From positions 4,526,001 to 4,590,000 of the forward strand of contig MU058213.1 of NCBI GenBank assembly GCA_013265495.1: a stretch of DNA of 64,000 nucleotides. Direction: 5' to 3'. Each line of letters begins with the position of its first letter. Within the stretch, counting starts at the first letter, position 1. The notes beneath the pieces are model-generated. The model saw nothing but the letters and a program-made list of their open reading frames with translations, had not been told where the DNA came from and did not search any database. A program made the translations under genes and the position numbers. Shown here in pieces: positions 39,908 to 54,169 of this stretch. Source of the DNA: Vicugna vicugna. Taxonomy: Eukaryota.

Positions 39908-41748
39908 GTAAGTCTTTTTCTTTGTTCGTATAGCTTCTAACGGGCTTGTTTAAGGGAAAGCAGTGTAGATTAATTGCTTTTTACTAAAACCTGTGAGGTT
40001 TGTTTTATCGTTTTTTGCAATATGTTTAGATTGTGTATTTATTTGTAAGAAGTGTTAAGAAAGTGGTCTTTGACACAGTTACTCAATAGTTTTTGGCTTC
40101 TATTTTAAAAATCATATAGAAAATAAACTGGAATTTGTGGGATATTTTTAATGCCCGATGTCTTTACTAGCAATGAACTTGAAAGTACATTTGTTTTAAT
40201 GTTTTCTTACGTCGTAAACATACAATGTATCTGTAAAATACACACACAACACATAACACATAAAAAGAGACAAGATTACTTGATGCTTTGTAGATAGAAG
40301 GGAAAGATGAAAGTCATCTTGGATATTCATAAAAATAACAAGTATGAAGCTCTGGGAATGATTAGGGAAGCAGTCAGCTAGTGAGGGCCGTATTTCCTGT
40401 TTGGAGTTTCAGGTCCAAAGCCTGACTTTACTAGAATACCATCTGTTTCCAATCAAACTAGAATTTTGACCCTGTACAGATTCATAAAATAAATCACTAT
40501 TTTTCAAAGAATGCATTTATACATTTTCCAAAGAATGTATTTCTGGTGAATGTATAGCACATGGTTAGAAATTTTAAAATAATATCTTTCTGTGTTGCTA
40601 ATCAAAACTTTTCTATTCTTTAATTACTTAGTATTAATTATTTAGTGTGTTTCTGCAAAGTATCTTTAAATCAGAGGATTTATATATTCTAAAAAGAAAG
40701 TGAACTTCTCTGGAAGATTCTGTAGGTGTTATCTTTTTGTAAAATAGTTGATAAACATAAAAATGTTATACTAGTGAATAACAGTCTTGGATTTTGTCAG
40801 GAATTCAGTGTTTTCCACCTCAGTCTTTCCAAAACCATATTCTCCCTCAGGTGTCTTACTAAATAGATGCGTTACTTTAGTGAATTTTTTTGTCAGGAGT
40901 GGAGACATTTTTAATGTTAATGTTTGAAGTTATAAAAAAAACTAATCACATTTTCCTAAAATAGATATAAAATAGATCTGTTCTCCCTTCCTTTTTTATC
41001 ACTTGGAAATGTTTTAAAGTAGCATTTGGCTTTAACCAGTGTATGTGAAAACTAATGAAAGCACTCTCGTTTGCTGACTGCTTCGGTGAGGCCTCTTTGG
41101 ACTTCGTTAGCATTTGGTTCTTAACTTTGGGGTAAGCTTTCCTAATAGATGATAATCAAGGCAAAATACTCTTAACTCATTAAAAAGTAAGTGTTCACGC
41201 TGCTCATATAAACAGGGGTTTGGAGAATGTGAGAGGTAGATTTAGATGGGTAATATAAGTGAAATTACTTGATCTCTATATATTTTCCTTGCCAACTGTC
41301 TTTCAAATGTGAAAATATTTTTCTTTTATGTCCAATTCTAAGTAAAATAGTCTGCTTGAGAATGGTGTGTGTGTGTGAGAGTTTAGAAAAATTAATTGTA
41401 TAGGATCCCTGAAGCAGAGAGACTATAACTCAAATTGAGTTTAGATTTTATTCTTTTGAGAGCATAGATCACTCTATTACAGCATTTCTCTTTGTTCTAC
41501 ATTGGTGGGGGGGGGTGGGGGGAGACAGCTTTGATCGTATTAAGTATTTCCAGGCTTACGGTAGATGACATGGCTGGTATGGTAGAGAAGTGTAGCCTGA
41601 AAATTGATAGCCTGTGCCTGATATAGGTCAAAGGTGACTTTTATGTTCTTGAAAAATGCATTGAGTTGGTATATTGTCTTAGTCCTGTGTATCATAGGGC
41701 CTTATATGTGTTTTCTTGTATGTATTTTATTTTTACCACATCTAGTTG

Positions 41749-41750
<2 letters not shown>

Positions 41751-41784
<34 letters not shown>
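41751..41784. repeat. (TAT)n microsatellite, about 11 units
   Basis: Seen directly in the sequence. Confidence 0.95.
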
Positions 41785-41785
<1 letters not shown>

Positions 41786-42989
41786 TAAGTCTTCAATAAG
41801 AAAATCATGCAGTATGTAATTACATTATGCAAAGACTATGTAAATACCTCATCTTAGTATATTTTGGGAAATGTCTACCCTTCAATGCTTTCTAGTAAAA
41901 ACTAGCACATTAAATTAATATTGTTGGCCTCTAAGTGAAAATATACTTCCTCTCGAGTTATGGAATTTTTGTAAATTTCTCACAGCAAACAGGTTAGATT
42001 TAAGTTCACTCTTTAATTCCATTTTATCAGTTTAAGATGATAGGACAGATTAATATTTTGAAATGCTAAAAAGTTCACATTGATTTCATTTTTAATATCC
42101 TATTATAGGTACTATGAGAGAACGAGAAATCCTGAGTAATACTGGTCTTAAACAAAATGCTTTCCCTTTTTTTGGCTTTTATTTTTAGATTTTCAAGATG
42201 ATCCCATATATTTAAGGATGGTTGGGCTAATTTAATAATAAGACTTTACAGACTCCAGGAAAAAAGTGGATTAATCAGAGAGGAACCTCTTCATATTTTG
42301 TTATTTAAGATTATATGGCCGTACTGCATTGCTGGAAATGTAAGAGGCTTAGGCATCTATGTGCAGAAAAGAAAAGCCAAAAATGTTAACCCTGTTTTTC
42401 CCACTGTTTGAAAAGAGAAAGGGTTAATGTTCTGTATCAAAGGTAGCTTTGGGGTAGGTGTATTATGTACCATACTGTAAGATATCAATATATGTTTATG
42501 AAAAATAGGGGACTTAAAATCGTTTGAATATTATCTGTGTTTTGAAATTTAAAAAATAGCAAGGAATAATAGGTTTCTGAGGTTCCTTATTTATAAAGAA
42601 CTTGGCCTACATTCAGTTTTCTCATTGATATGACTAAATTGTGTCCTTTATGCAGAAAGGTAGAAAGTCTTAGAGGTAAAGGAAGGAAAGTTTTGGGAGG
42701 AGAGGATTCCCGTTTTCTTCACCTTGAGGATTCTGGAGTTTCGGCCTTCCTCTGATCTGATCAGCCTCCATTTTCTAGGCCTTGAACTGAAGATGCTTCA
42801 GAGTGTTCCAGGTATAAAAATTGCACCAAGTACAGATGTGATGTTCTTTTCATTATATCGGGGGGTTACTTTAATCTTATTAGAGACAGCACAGAAATCC
42901 AAGTTTCAAAACTCAAGTTTAGAAGCACATTTTGAATATTGAGCTTCTTTGTATGGAATCTGAGAAAGAAGGGGCAAGAACTGATGTGA

Positions 42990-43222
42990 TTATAAGGGCT
43001 ACTCTGTGTCAGGAACTGTGCTGGGGACTTTATGTTTACCTTATTTCATTCTTACACTCTCTGTCATCTAACTGTTACTAGCCTCCTTTTATAAATAAGG
43101 AAAATGAGGTTCAGGGAAATTAAGTAATTTAGTAACTTAAGCCCCACCTTGCTATTAAAGTGTTGAGGTCGCAATTGAACCTAGGTCTCTCTCTCAAGAG
43201 CAGGTTTTCTCTTTTCTATCAT
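42990..43222 (-). mobile_element. MIR
   Basis: ctactctgtgtcaggaactgtgctgggg...aaggaaaatgaggttcagggaaattaagtaattt...ttgaacctaggtct. Confidence 0.75.
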
Positions 43223-46167
43223 TCAAGGGCAAGTAAACTAGTCTCCATAGCAAAGGGCCAAATTTCATTTATCCCTTACTACTATTTGTATCAAAATATA
43301 CTGCATTGGAAAGAAAATGTCACTGAGAAAAGCACTTTATTCTTACAAGTAAATATATTTTGCATATGTGATCAGACTTACAGTTTCATGAATGCTAACT
43401 GATGTGATTGGTCAAGCAACTTCTTATTAGTTTCTGTTTAAGATGAAGAACTTAAAACTATTCTAGGTATGTTTTAAAACTCCGGAAATCAGACTGGCAG
43501 GTCTGTTCTAATAGTACTCATAGTACTGAAATTGGGTTTAGCCATAATTTTGGCCCCTGCCTGCCCACATAATTGGAATTTTCATGAGAATTAGAGTAGC
43601 AGGTAGCAAAAATTGCATTGTAAATACTTCTAAGACTTTTTTTTTCAAATAAACATTTTCAGTTAATAAAAGCACAGAAACCAATATGAGAGTATATAGA
43701 GCTACATTTCTGTTCCATAGGGTATTTACTACTAATTAACATGAGAGAGGAGAGTATAATTAAATTAATTCAAATTTCCAGGCTGTCTGTGGGCCCAGCA
43801 GAGTTAAATCTAACATTTGTATGATGAGGAAAATATGAAGTTATCTAAGAATTCTCTGAAGATAAAATGCTAAAGACATTGAATGACAAAGACCTTTAGC
43901 TTAAATCTGCCTTGATTTTTTCCCCCTTTCCCACAGATATCTGAGATTGCATTCCAGATGTGAATCCAAGAAGGTCTTTTTTTCTTGATTCAAATGGGCA
44001 CAGATACCAGGGAGTTAAAACTAAAGCCTCTGCCAGGAGAGTATGTTGTCATTGGTCAGCTTTACTAATGTTTTAGAAAGAAATTTATGTCCCTTTCCAT
44101 GAGCTCATCAACATGTTGAAGAAAGGGATCAGGTGCTGTATATTAGAGCTAAATATTTTTTAAATATAGGTAGTTAAGAACTGACACTTCTTGATTTTCT
44201 CAGTATATTACCCCAGTGTACAAGTTTCAAACCCAGTCCTTTAATAGTTCTATGGTTTATCTCTCAGGGGAAAAAAAATGTGCCTATCATAAAAATGATG
44301 ATGGTTACAGTAAAGAATTGATGAAACATGCCCATGTCTGTGTTAACTTAGGTTCACTAAAATGTTCTTGACTTACCTAAGAAGAAACTTTTCTCACAGT
44401 TGAAAACCAGTATTATTCAACTATGCTTGTTAGACAGCAGAAGTAGTCATTGATTTCAAGCAGCTTTGTACTGAAAGCTGGGATTCTTTTTACTTAGTAT
44501 CATTAGAAAGGAAATTTTACATTATTTCACCCCTAAACATGTCTCTGGAAATTCTTGGGGAAAGATATTGGTCCGTTACCTATGAAGCTGTTGACAATAT
44601 GAACGTACATTTTCCCCTTTTATAGACATTCTGATTATGTTTTTATCAGGCTAGCTAATTAGATGAAAAGAATCTTCCATAGATTGCTTATGTGTCCCTG
44701 AGTTAGTCCTTGTACTTCAGACATTTTGCTTTATGATGCCTTTGGTTTCAATTCCTGTGGTATTTAGTACTGCAACTATCTAAATATTTCTCCCCTTTAG
44801 GCTTGGAATTACCATAAAAACTTGAGTAGTAGATTGGACTTTATGGCAAAACTTGCTGCTTTTATGTAATATTAAAATACTGAATACATTGAGATATTTA
44901 TCAAATCTGTCATTTAAGTATTTTTAGATATTGGGAAATTCTTAAATTAGATTGCTATTCATATACTTATTTAAATGTTTTAATGTCTTTTTTCTTTGGG
45001 GTTATGCTTGCTTTACTTTTCATTAGAGAAGGAACAAGGAAAGTGGGAAGACCTGAATCTCAGAAACTGAGATTTTGCGATTTAAGTTAAAGATGCGCCT
45101 TTTTCCCTGAGTGTATACATAAAATCTGTAGTCACAGAAAAATAATGGATCCAGAATGATCAGAAAAATCAAAAGGAAATATTTTTTAGGACATTTCTTT
45201 AACTTCCTCTAATAGTAGTACTCTTAATGAGTGTAATTCTTGAAGCAAAAATTTTACTTTTTTAAACAGTTTCTTTTTGCTAAATTCAGATCCCACAAAA
45301 TGCAGAAATATAAGGAAACTGTTATATTTGTGTTTATTACTGTGCGTGTAAATTACATAGGTTAACCAGCAGTAAATAAAAAATTCTTTAACAAATTATT
45401 ATCTAGTTTTTCTTTCTTAGTTTTTGAGTGCTGACCCTTAAATGTGCCTGTTTTTAAAATTATTGGCCCAGAGTTAATCACAGTTTTTAAAGATAGGATT
45501 TGACTTGGATTGGGGTTTTTCTTTTTTCCAGTGACCTAGACTGGTTAGTTTTGGGGTTTTGTGGGGGTTTTTTTTCCCCAGGTTTTAGTTTCTCAGCTAG
45601 ATCTTGTATAATTTTTATTGTTTAATATGTAATACAGTTATATAAAATATCAGATAAATTAAGTAAGTGTTCCTGAATATAATGTCACATTTTTATTTTA
45701 CAGTTGTGATGGGAGGGTAATTTAGTCAAATGGGTTTGCTTTGTTTTGTTGTTTTGGTTAGTTGACAAAGATTTGTTTGAGGTGATTTCTATTATTAGCA
45801 TAAACTTTTCACATATTGAAGGTTCGTGTTAGCATGATTAGCTAGTGTTTAGCATTAAAGTATTAAATGGTATTTAGCACATTGGAATTTAAAAAGAACT
45901 ACTGGTCAAACCATCTTGACAGAAGAGCTAATAGAAACCTAAACATAGTGAATTATTGGTAATAATTTCTGTGTTAGAACATGTTCAGAAAAATCAACAA
46001 GCTTCTCCATCATTCTTTCCAAATTAGGTAAAGGTGTTCCCAAAATGTTTGAGAGTTTGTGTTGGTTTCGGTTTTCATCGGTTTTGGAGCTTATAAAACT
46101 CCTTGAATATTGCTTTCAAAATAATTTGTGTAATTTTAAATTGCTAGGTAAGGAAAAGTGATCTAAA

Positions 46168-46377
46168 TTTGCATTGTTCAATATAGTAACCACTAGTCAC
46201 AAATGACTGTATTAATTAAAGTAAAATTTAAAGTTAAGATCTTCAGTTGTACTATTCACATTTCAAGTGTTCAGTAGTCACATGTGAGGAGTAGCTACTG
46301 TATTGTACAGACATGGATACATTTCCATCATTTCAGATATAGAACATTTCTGTCATCACAGAAACCTCTTAGTGCTC
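46168..46377. mobile_element. MER3/MER33-like hAT-Charlie element with an 8-bp TSD
   Basis: gcattgttcaatatagtaaccactagtcac...cacatttcaagtgttcagtagtcacatgtg...atagaacatttctgtcatcacagaaa. Flanks gatctaaa and catctaaa. Confidence 0.8.
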
Positions 46378-49029
46378 ATCTAAAGCATTCCTCTCATTTT
46401 CTGTGGAAGGGTATCTTAATTAAGATATATAGCTAGCTACTCTCCTATACTAAAGAAAATTCCCAATTCATCTCCTCATCATTTAGAACATTTAAAGATA
46501 TCAGCTACCACACAGGCTATGGACTATTTTTAAAAGCATAGGGAATGACATCATCTTTTAACTCATACTGGATGTGACTAGATAAAAAGAAAAACGATCT
46601 TTTTTAGCAAAAGCTTCTACTACTTTGCATCTTGCCTCTCTGCCTCGCAGGGATGTTTCCAACATTAATTACAGGAAGGATGCATTGAAATCAGGAGCCC
46701 AGTGCACAGCTCCAGGCTCTACAGCTAAACAGAATGGACTGCCCTGAATTGGGGTGATCCATATGACCAAACTAAATCATCCAAGCAGGAAAAAGGGAGT
46801 ATTTTTGCCAACTTGACTCCCAACTGACTTTATGAGCTAAAATATTCCAAGGATAATTGTGTAACCACTGTAAAAGGTAATGTAAATATTCACCCCTGAA
46901 ATGCCTTATCACTCTTAAAAAGTAAGTTTGGGTTAATGGGATGAGGACATGAAAGATATTACCATGGATTTATTCTTTTCAAACAGACTTAATAGTGAAA
47001 GGGGAGTATCTATTAGATTTTTAGTTACATTCATTCAAGTTGGAATAAATGTTACGGTTCTGTTCACCAGACACTGAGAATTTCTCTCATTGCCATTCCT
47101 GGAAGAGAAAGTGTAAGTGCTTGAGAAGGAAGGACAGTCTGTCGTAGCTGTTGTGAGCCTGGAATTCTGAAATGAGGCTAGAATTCTAAAAATCTCTAAG
47201 TACCACATTTTAGTAGAACATCTTTAATTACTTAATTGTACTTTTTAAATTTCTCTTTAAAATAGTTTGACTCCTGGTAGATTTTAATCACCTTAAGCAT
47301 ACATACTCCTTTCTCTTAATTTTAAGATTGTTGTGATACAAAAACATACTTAAGATTTAAATATGTGATTAGATCATTAACTAGGAAAAAAAAAAACTGG
47401 CATCTCTGTGCAGGTGATCAGATGACATAAGCAGTCTGGTTTTAATTTGTGGCCGGTACTGATTGTAACTAAAAGAGACTTGCTCTTTGTGGAACTGGCT
47501 GACTATTTCCCTCCATCTGGAGTTAATAAAGTCGTTGAGACCACATCAGTTGCGCTTTGCCGCAAGAACTCTTTGATCTGAAAAATCTGGACTGGCACAA
47601 CTGCTGCTTCATAACATTGCATCTATGTTTTTGCAAGCTATGGTTAAGATACCAGAAGTAAAGTTTTTTTGGCCTGTGTTAGAAATGCTGTTAAACGGAC
47701 CTCTTTGAGAGCCATACTTTTTAGAACATTTTTGTTTGATAAAAAGTTTTGAACTTATGTTAGTAAATAAATGACAAACATAATAGTTTAGAGTTTTGAC
47801 CATTTTCATTTATAAGGTCTATCCTTTAAAAGTTAATTTTTTTTCAAAGTCTGTTTATAAAGACTAACATTAAAAACAACTTTACCTCTAAAATGAGCCC
47901 TGGACTCTCCATATATCTTTGAAATTTTTACATACAAGTAGGCAAGTCTCTTCTGCTTTGTGTGGCTTATCTTGCTTTTCTTGCTTTCCATGATAGTCAT
48001 GATTAACCATCATCTAAGCAGCATATTCTCCTTTATTTGACGGTGATTTGTAAATCAGTGAAGTCCGGTTTATCCCATTCTTTGCTTTAGTACACACTTA
48101 ATTGCACACAGTTAAAATTTTTTTAAAGTGTAAATTTATCTTCTATGGGATGCAGTGAATTAAATAGGAATAAGGATAAAGAAAGGTATATTGAGAAATT
48201 ATATATAAATTTAAACTGTGTAGATGTTTTGTGTGAAAAGACAAATCAGGACTGGAGTTTTTCATAATTATCGGTGGAAGGTTTGCATACTGTTTCACCT
48301 ATAACCTAGATAGAATTAGACAATTTTATATTTCATACTTTCAAATCAGTGATAGTATCCATAGTAAATAAACATTTGTGACAAAAAAGTTGTGTTCTAA
48401 TGCTGTCTTCTGAATTTTATTCTTTTGTCTTGCTACATCTGTGGAGTTACTATAGTTTCATTGTTTGTGGTTTCAGCCTAGTTTGGGAAAATCTATGTAT
48501 AAAGGGAACAGAGGACATCTAGCTGAGGCTAAATTTAGATGCTGAAACTTGATTAAAAGAAAAAAGTGCAAAATTCTTTTCCTGAAAACTTTTTCCTGCC
48601 TATTTCAAACACGTTTGTGTGTACTCAGTTATTTCATCCTAGCAGTGTCTGTATGTAATCGCACTAAACTAGAAAACTATGTTTAATATGTTTAATGTAT
48701 AATCCCCAGGTAATTCTTAGGAATACTTCTTGTCCCAAGTTTCTCAGGTATCACCGGTATGTGTTTTTCCCTCTGGGATATAAAAGATAGGAAACTAACC
48801 TGAATGCCAATCCATTAAAAAGACACACCTGTGCTAGTAATCGCATGGCTAGCAAGAAGAGTAAAAGTGGCCTTTTCAACCTTTTGTTTACGATGGGCTG
48901 TGTGTGTGTATGTATATGAATATATATATTTAGGGTCATGTCAAACAAAAACTGTAAGAAACAGCATTTGAGTACTGAACAGGGACAATATATGGCAGTA
49001 TAAATGCTCCTATAAGAATGATAGAAAGA

Positions 49030-49205
49030 TGATATTATTAGCTAATACTTAGTGAGTACTTACCATGCTAAACATTTTATATGTATTATCTCATTTGATC
49101 TTCCCATCATCGCCCCAATCCAGGTACTGTGAGCACCATCTTACAAATGAGGAAATTGAAACTCAGAAAGTTAGGTAATTTGCCAGAAATCTTTACAGTT
49201 AGTCA
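49030..49205 (-). mobile_element. MIR
   Basis: atagctaatacttagtgagtacttacc...ttacaaatgaggaaattgaaactcagaaagttaggtaatttgcc. Confidence 0.8.
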
Positions 49206-50479
49206 GTGCCTCAGAGAGAGAATAAATGAATATCAAGTATAGCTTATGTAAATAAAATAATTAATCCTGATGTGTGTTTCCTTAACTTTTTTATTAGTGC
49301 ATAGAAATGTATGCTGGGATAAAAATAAACTGTGCAAAAGGGTATAAAGCAAATGTCTTCTTTCCCAATTATAAATCTCGAAGTGTAATAGTTATTTCTT
49401 GTGTATAATTCCAGAAATTTTCTATGCTTATTCAAAAAAAAAATTGTATACTTTTTTAAACGTGCTCCCAAAATTTTATTGTGCTAGTTACTTTTTTCCA
49501 CATAAGTGAACACTTTGGATTTTTAATTTCGGGTGAAATTTAATAGATGAACCTTTATCAAACTAAAGATAAACATTTCGTATACTGCTCACAATAGGAC
49601 TCATTTCCATTCTTCCTGACTCCTGGTTCACTTACTTTTACAGACAGTGCATCACCTTAAGTGTTACTTATTTGTTTTCCTTCTTGGTTTCAGTAGTCAT
49701 CATGAGAATGGTTTGATCCTGTTTTGATTATTACAGTTATTTGGTCGCCCATTTAGTTTTGCAGAGAAATGACAGTGTTGGCCATTTGTTAGTTCAAAAT
49801 TTTTAGACTTGGCTTATCTGAAGCAAAGGTTTATCAAGGGAAATTAATACTGCTCTGACAAATTAAATGAGATTTTTCTTAAAGCTGTGCCAGACTTGAA
49901 AATTTCCTTGAAATTAAGAAATTAAAACCCTTCAGAATTTGGTGTTAATTTTGCTAACTTACTAAGTTAAGTTTCTGAACAATTGTGTTGTGCCTTTCAC
50001 AGTTATCTTTTAATAGTAGTAAAGAATAGTAACATTTAATCTAACTCATTCTGATTTTGATAAATCTTGTAACAGTGAAAAGAATTAATTTTGTGAACCC
50101 AAGTTTCATTTCATGCTACATTCAAAAGACACTTCTTTCTACCATCATGTTTTAAATCATGAGCCTGTATGGATTTATGTTTTGTAAGCAAAGTCAACAT
50201 TTGTGACTTTATTCAACCACCTGGTGTAATTGTCACACAAAGGTGCTTTACAAGGACATTTAGGATAGTGTTTTTCTGCAGTAATCAGCTAAAAGCAAAC
50301 ATGTAGATAGTATCCAAGTTCGACATTATTTATGTGGATTTAAGCAGTTTCTTTGAATTTGGGATAGGCCTTTTTAGGTAGTAGCCTTTTTTAGGCCCTT
50401 CATGAAATGTAACATGCATTTTAGATAAGTGATTTGATAGTCACTTACATTTTAATTAAATTTCCTGTTTAATTTTAAG

Positions 50480-50585
50480 GTATATGCACCATCCCCAAAT
50501 TCAGATGACTTCAACCGTGAATCTCCTAGTTATCCATCTCCCAAGCCACCAACCAGTATGTTTGCTAGCACTTTCTTTATGCAAG
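50480..50585 (+). CDS. TCF12: TCF12 internal coding exon (exon 9 equivalent), 106 nt; shared by HEBCan and HEBAlt
   Basis: ttttaag| ... CAAG|gtaagc. Translates [35 protein letters not shown](D). Confidence 0.98.
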
Positions 50586-51618
50586 GTAAGCACTGCCAAA
50601 TAGATGTCAAATGCTGGAACAGTTATCTGGTGTATATTAGCTAATACTTTAAAGTTGTGAGGAAAGAGAATATCTATACAGAAGTTCAGACGTTACTTAT
50701 CTAGATATGTTTGTCTAAAGCAAATTAAAATCTAGTTTTAAAGTTTTCTAGTGTTAATTGTCACTGACTGCAATGTAGTTAGATTATCCAGCAAAGTATT
50801 GGAGGGCCCATCTAGTATTGATTAAATTTATAAAAGACTTCAGTTGAGAAAAATGAGTAGAGCTGCTTTTTCTCATTTTGGAATTTAAATGTATAAAAGC
50901 TATTAAAGATTTTAGTTTCTTACTTAAATTTTAGGTTCATATCACTCCTAGAATTATCAATGTAAATAATAAGTGAACATCATAGAACAGATTAGATTGT
51001 AAGACAGAAAAAGTGTTGCACTTCCTTTAATTCCTGTCTAGCAAATTATGTGTGTTTGACCTTCTGTGGTTTTAGACTGTGGGGGCAATAAATGACTGCA
51101 TAAACGATGCATTGACTTTGCATTGGTGAATGAAGTCATGGCTAACACGTTTCATTTGAAGACTGACTATAACGTAGTCATTATCAAGTAGTTAGGTTTA
51201 TTGTAGGAGAAGCTCCTTTATTCCAGTTTAGGAATGTGTCATATAATATACATTGCTTGTTACAGATTAAGAACTTTTTGGTGTATGTATGGGTATACTA
51301 TTTAACCAAAAATTAAATCTAATCTATCCCCAAACTTGGAATTTTTATTATCCTCCCTGATACAAAGTTAGATCTTGGGAGGATTTTTATAATGACCTAC
51401 CTAGTACAGTTTGGGTTATTTTTTTCCCCTCTAACGGTAAAAGTGTATCGCTTCTTTTAAAATAGTGACTATACATTTTGGGGGGAAGAAAACTAGACAG
51501 CTGACTAGGTTGGAAAGGGGAGGAAAAAATACCTGGAGGATACCCTTTGAATTTTTATAGTATCATCAAAATAAAAAATTTTCGTTAAGAAAATTTTATA
51601 TTTCTCTTTTTGTCTTAG

Positions 51619-51758
51619 ATGGGACCCACAATTCTTCTGACCTTTGGAGTTCATCAAATGGGATGAGCCAGCCTGGTTTTGGTGGAATTCTGGGGACCTC
51701 CACTTCCCACATGTCTCAGTCCAGTAGTTACGGCAGCCTTCATTCACATGACCGCTTG
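51619..51758 (+). CDS. TCF12: TCF12 internal coding exon (exon 10 equivalent), 140 nt
   Basis: ttttgtcttag| ... TTG|gtaggc. Translates (D)[46 protein letters not shown]. Confidence 0.97.
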
Positions 51759-52054
51759 GTAGGCTATAATACACAACTAGGCTGCAGCAGCACTTTGTCC
51801 TCGCTTGTGTTTCTTTTTGGATTACACTTACCTTACACTTGGATTGCAAGTGTAAGGTTTGATTCTGCCAAAACTTCTGAAGTATGAAATACTTCTAGGC
51901 TTACTTCATGCCTGTTCAAAAAGTAAATGATAATGGTAGTTCAGCTGCTAACTTGTGATGTTCTTTTTAACTTGTTATAGTATTCTCCAGTTGTATGTGC
52001 ATATTATTCAGAAAATGTATTTAATAGATCATATCCCTTTCCTCCTTTCTCTAG

Positions 52055-52620
<566 letters not shown>

Positions 52621-52891
52621 CATATTTTTTTAGTATTGAGTTTAAAAATGAAAGAAAGGAAGAAGAGAAACTTTTCTGATTTTCATTAATGTAGAAACCG
52701 GTAAGGAACCTATCCTTACTTTAGCTCACTAGCTACAACACATGCAGAGTATTTGCTTGCTTATTGTGACAGATGTGTGATAACAATAGAGAACACCATT
52801 AAAATAATGGCAGAGTGCTTTAAAAAAAAAAAGTAGCATACTTGCCTGCCTGCTAAAATCCTTGATTTGTTTTCCTACTTGAAATACTCAG

Positions 52892-52956
52892 GAACCAGAG
52901 GGAACGCTGCTGGAAGCTCACAGACAGGTGATGCACTTGGAAAAGCTTTGGCATCT
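52892..52956 (+). CDS. TCF12: TCF12 internal coding exon (exon 12 equivalent), 65 nt
   Basis: atactcag| ... TCT|gtgagt. Translates (G)TRGNAAGSSQTGDALGKALAS, a conserved E-protein motif. Confidence 0.98.
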
Positions 52957-54169
52957 GTGAGTATTGATTTTACATATTTTGCTGTATGATTTTTACACTG
53001 CTGAATGCAGTGATTAGATTTTGCGGGCAGTATGTGTCATAGTTAAAGGGTGTAGTTATAACAAGATGACTTCATTACTCTTTTAGAGCTAGTCTCGGAC
53101 TGTATTGATTTCTGCTGCCCTTAATGTAATTCATGAGAACACCTCCTCACCCCATTCCCATAAGAACTATCCTTCTAATTTCTATTTAAATGTCTGTTTT
53201 TTGTCTTAATGGAACAGATGTAGAAAGAAGAAGAGAATTAGACATTTTGAAATCTAAGCACAAATTACTGAGATTAATAGTTAAATCTGTTTGTTTTAAG
53301 CACACACTTAGTGAGTTGCCCATTAAAGTTGAAATCAAGTGGAATCAAGAAAGGCTACTCAGTCATTCTTCTCATTCAGAATAGGAAGGGCTTTTATAAG
53401 GATTTTTTCCTAAGATGGAATTTATTTTATGTGTTTTTTAAAATAAAAAATAATCTCCTGCAGCTGATTCATTCAAGAAATAAGAGATGAGAGCCTTCCC
53501 TAAAAAAAAGTTCACTGAAGAACTTGTGCTAAAATGAGTAAAACTAATTTGAAGGAATCCCATAGTATTTTCTTCAGTAGCTAGTTTACATCACATCAGG
53601 ACATTAATGACTAAGAAGTGATTTGCTTCAATAAAGGTAATGATTGTGTTTTAATATCTGATCCTTAAAACATTAAACTGAAGTTCTTTCTTTTGGAACT
53701 CTTGGGAGAGCATTTACCAGTAATCCACAAAGATTCCAAACCTGACTGTTTAAAAGAGGTACTTTTGCTTTGTACTTTGTGAAGTTTCTCCTTAGGCTTT
53801 TTCTTTCTTTCCTTTTCCTTCCTGAATGATAGGTCTCTCAGAATTCTCACAGTGTTGTTTTACATTTTCTATGAAGTGCAAATAACTCTGTCAGACACAT
53901 TTGCTGCTGTTCATGGGGAAAGCAGACCACTTAATATGTGAGTAGTAGGAAGTAACTATTGAGCATTAAAGGAGATAAACTCTTTGTGTATGGTTTCTGT
54001 AAATAAATCTTTCTCTATAGCAGTACAAGTTTTTTGAGAAATCAAGGCAAGTCAAGTTTATCTACTACATAGTGGTGCTCCACACAAAATAGAGCTCAGT
54101 AAATGTTTGTTGAATTCAGTCTTGCATCATACGACAAAAATGATAATAATAACAAACCCCACAAAAGTA

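Noticed and set aside
41504..41522. G-quadruplex in the G9-T-G6 run
   Set aside because: Four looped G3 tracts form only marginally, and homopolymer length is assembly-sensitive.
41634..41819. Poly-Tyr ORF
   Set aside because: Artefact of the (TAT)n microsatellite.
47625..47663. Possible first exon MFLQAMVKIPE|gtaaag
   Set aside because: In phase, but poor Kozak context and a weak donor make it indistinguishable from chance.
50477..50485. AG|GTATAT at the start of exon 9 as a recursive splice site
   Set aside because: Weak donor match, and the GT is explained by the conserved Val codon.
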